This document shows positions 63,828-64,000 of a stretch of 64,000 nucleotides of DNA, in pieces (positions within the stretch are counted from its first letter, which is position 1; each line of letters starts with the position of its first letter). Both the position numbers and the translations under genes were made by a program. The stretch comes from Mariniblastus sp. (GTDB lineage: Bacteria > Planctomycetota > Planctomycetia > Pirellulales > Pirellulaceae): positions 2,473 through 66,472 of the forward strand of contig JABACA010000005.1 of assembly GCA_014237975.1 (NCBI GenBank). The letters run 5' to 3'. The notes beneath the pieces are model-generated. The model did not search any database and had not been told where the DNA came from. It saw only the letters and a list, made by a program, of their open reading frames with translations.

Positions 63828-64000
63828 AGTGATTGTCCCACCAGGCAACAAATGTCAGTAAACTGAAAATATTGGTTGCTGTGCGGTTTTGTCGAAACGG
63901 ATTATTTTTGTAGGTTTCGAACTCCCGGAACTGCCGTTCGACAGCGGCATGGTCCAGTATCTGGTTCTTGATCGGTTCGGAATCAAGCAATCGTCTTCTT
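63817..64000 (-). CDS. 3' end of a gene truncated by the window edge (C-terminus resembles asparagine synthase-type amidotransferases common in EPS/exosortase loci)
   Basis: An open minus-strand frame runs from the window edge to the TAA at 63817-63819. It translates as ...LLDSEPIKNQILDHAAVERQFREFETYKNNPFRQNRTATNIFSLLTFVAWWDNHYAA*. It is not in the ORF track because its start lies outside the window. The function is a weak by-eye guess. Confidence 0.4.
   Translation of the reverse strand, partial: RRRLLDSEPIKNQILDHAAVERQFREFETYKNNPFRQNRTATNIFSLLTFVAWWDNHYAA

Noticed and set aside
1-64000. Search for tRNA/rRNA genes, IS elements, integrases, prophage genes, toxin-antitoxin pairs and known defence-system genes
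   Set aside because: I recognised none by eye. There are no transposase- or integrase-like translations, no long terminal inverted repeats and no cloverleaf-like sequences in the intergenic regions. Absence cannot be proven without dedicated tools (tRNAscan-, Infernal- or ISfinder-type searches).

Overview
This is a densely coding 64-kb chromosomal window. I found no rRNA, tRNA, CRISPR array or recognisable mobile element. The gene content suggests a Planctomycetota-like genome, but that is inference only: alternative complex III joined to a caa3-type oxidase operon, an HTTM membrane protein, a REC/SpoIIAB-type fusion, a PQQ propeller, an exosortase, and many envelope proteins with acidic or His-rich linkers. 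Layout: (1) 0.2-7 kb holds a GH57 glycosidase, an HTTM protein, a LysM/YkuD-like protein, a small Zn-ribbon protein and RarA. (2) 7.1-22.2 kb (minus strand) is a 12-gene respiratory super-operon: actA, actB, actC, actD/E, actF, a small membrane protein, SCO1, coxII(cyt c), coxI, coxIII, coxIV and a coxIII-like gene. A RegB/RegA-type redox two-component pair flanks it at 22.6-24.6 kb. (3) 24.7-27.1 kb holds a hypothetical protein, an SDR and a REC-HATPase fusion. (4) 27.4-34.9 kb (plus strand) is a 10-gene Mrp-type cation/proton antiporter cluster in Mbh/Mbs-like gene order, with three NuoL/M/N-like subunits. (5) 35-39.3 kb holds an orphan polytopic membrane protein, a DNase I-like protein whose catalytic residues look substituted, and a Zn-ribbon/TM/vWA protein. 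(6) 39.5-48.7 kb holds cysD-cysNC (PAPS synthesis), an alpha/beta hydrolase, a PQQ propeller and a fused hydantoinase/oxoprolinase. (7) 48.7-64 kb (minus strand) is an envelope-polysaccharide/exosortase locus. It contains Wzy-like, GT4, sulfotransferase, GT4, UDP-HexNAc dehydrogenase, WbpP/TviC-like epimerase, GT2 and UDP-GlcA 4-epimerase-like genes. These are followed by an exosortase-EpsI fusion, a degenerate exosortase paralog, a GalU-type uridylyltransferase and a glucuronokinase-like GHMP kinase. The best candidates for something undescribed are: the tandem exosortase plus catalytically degenerate paralog; the predicted glucuronate-salvage pair feeding a probably sulfated, uronic-acid-rich polymer; the degenerate DNase I-like protein; and the hydrogenase-less Mbh-ordered Mrp cluster. 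All family calls were made by eye from the translations. No database search or computation was possible.
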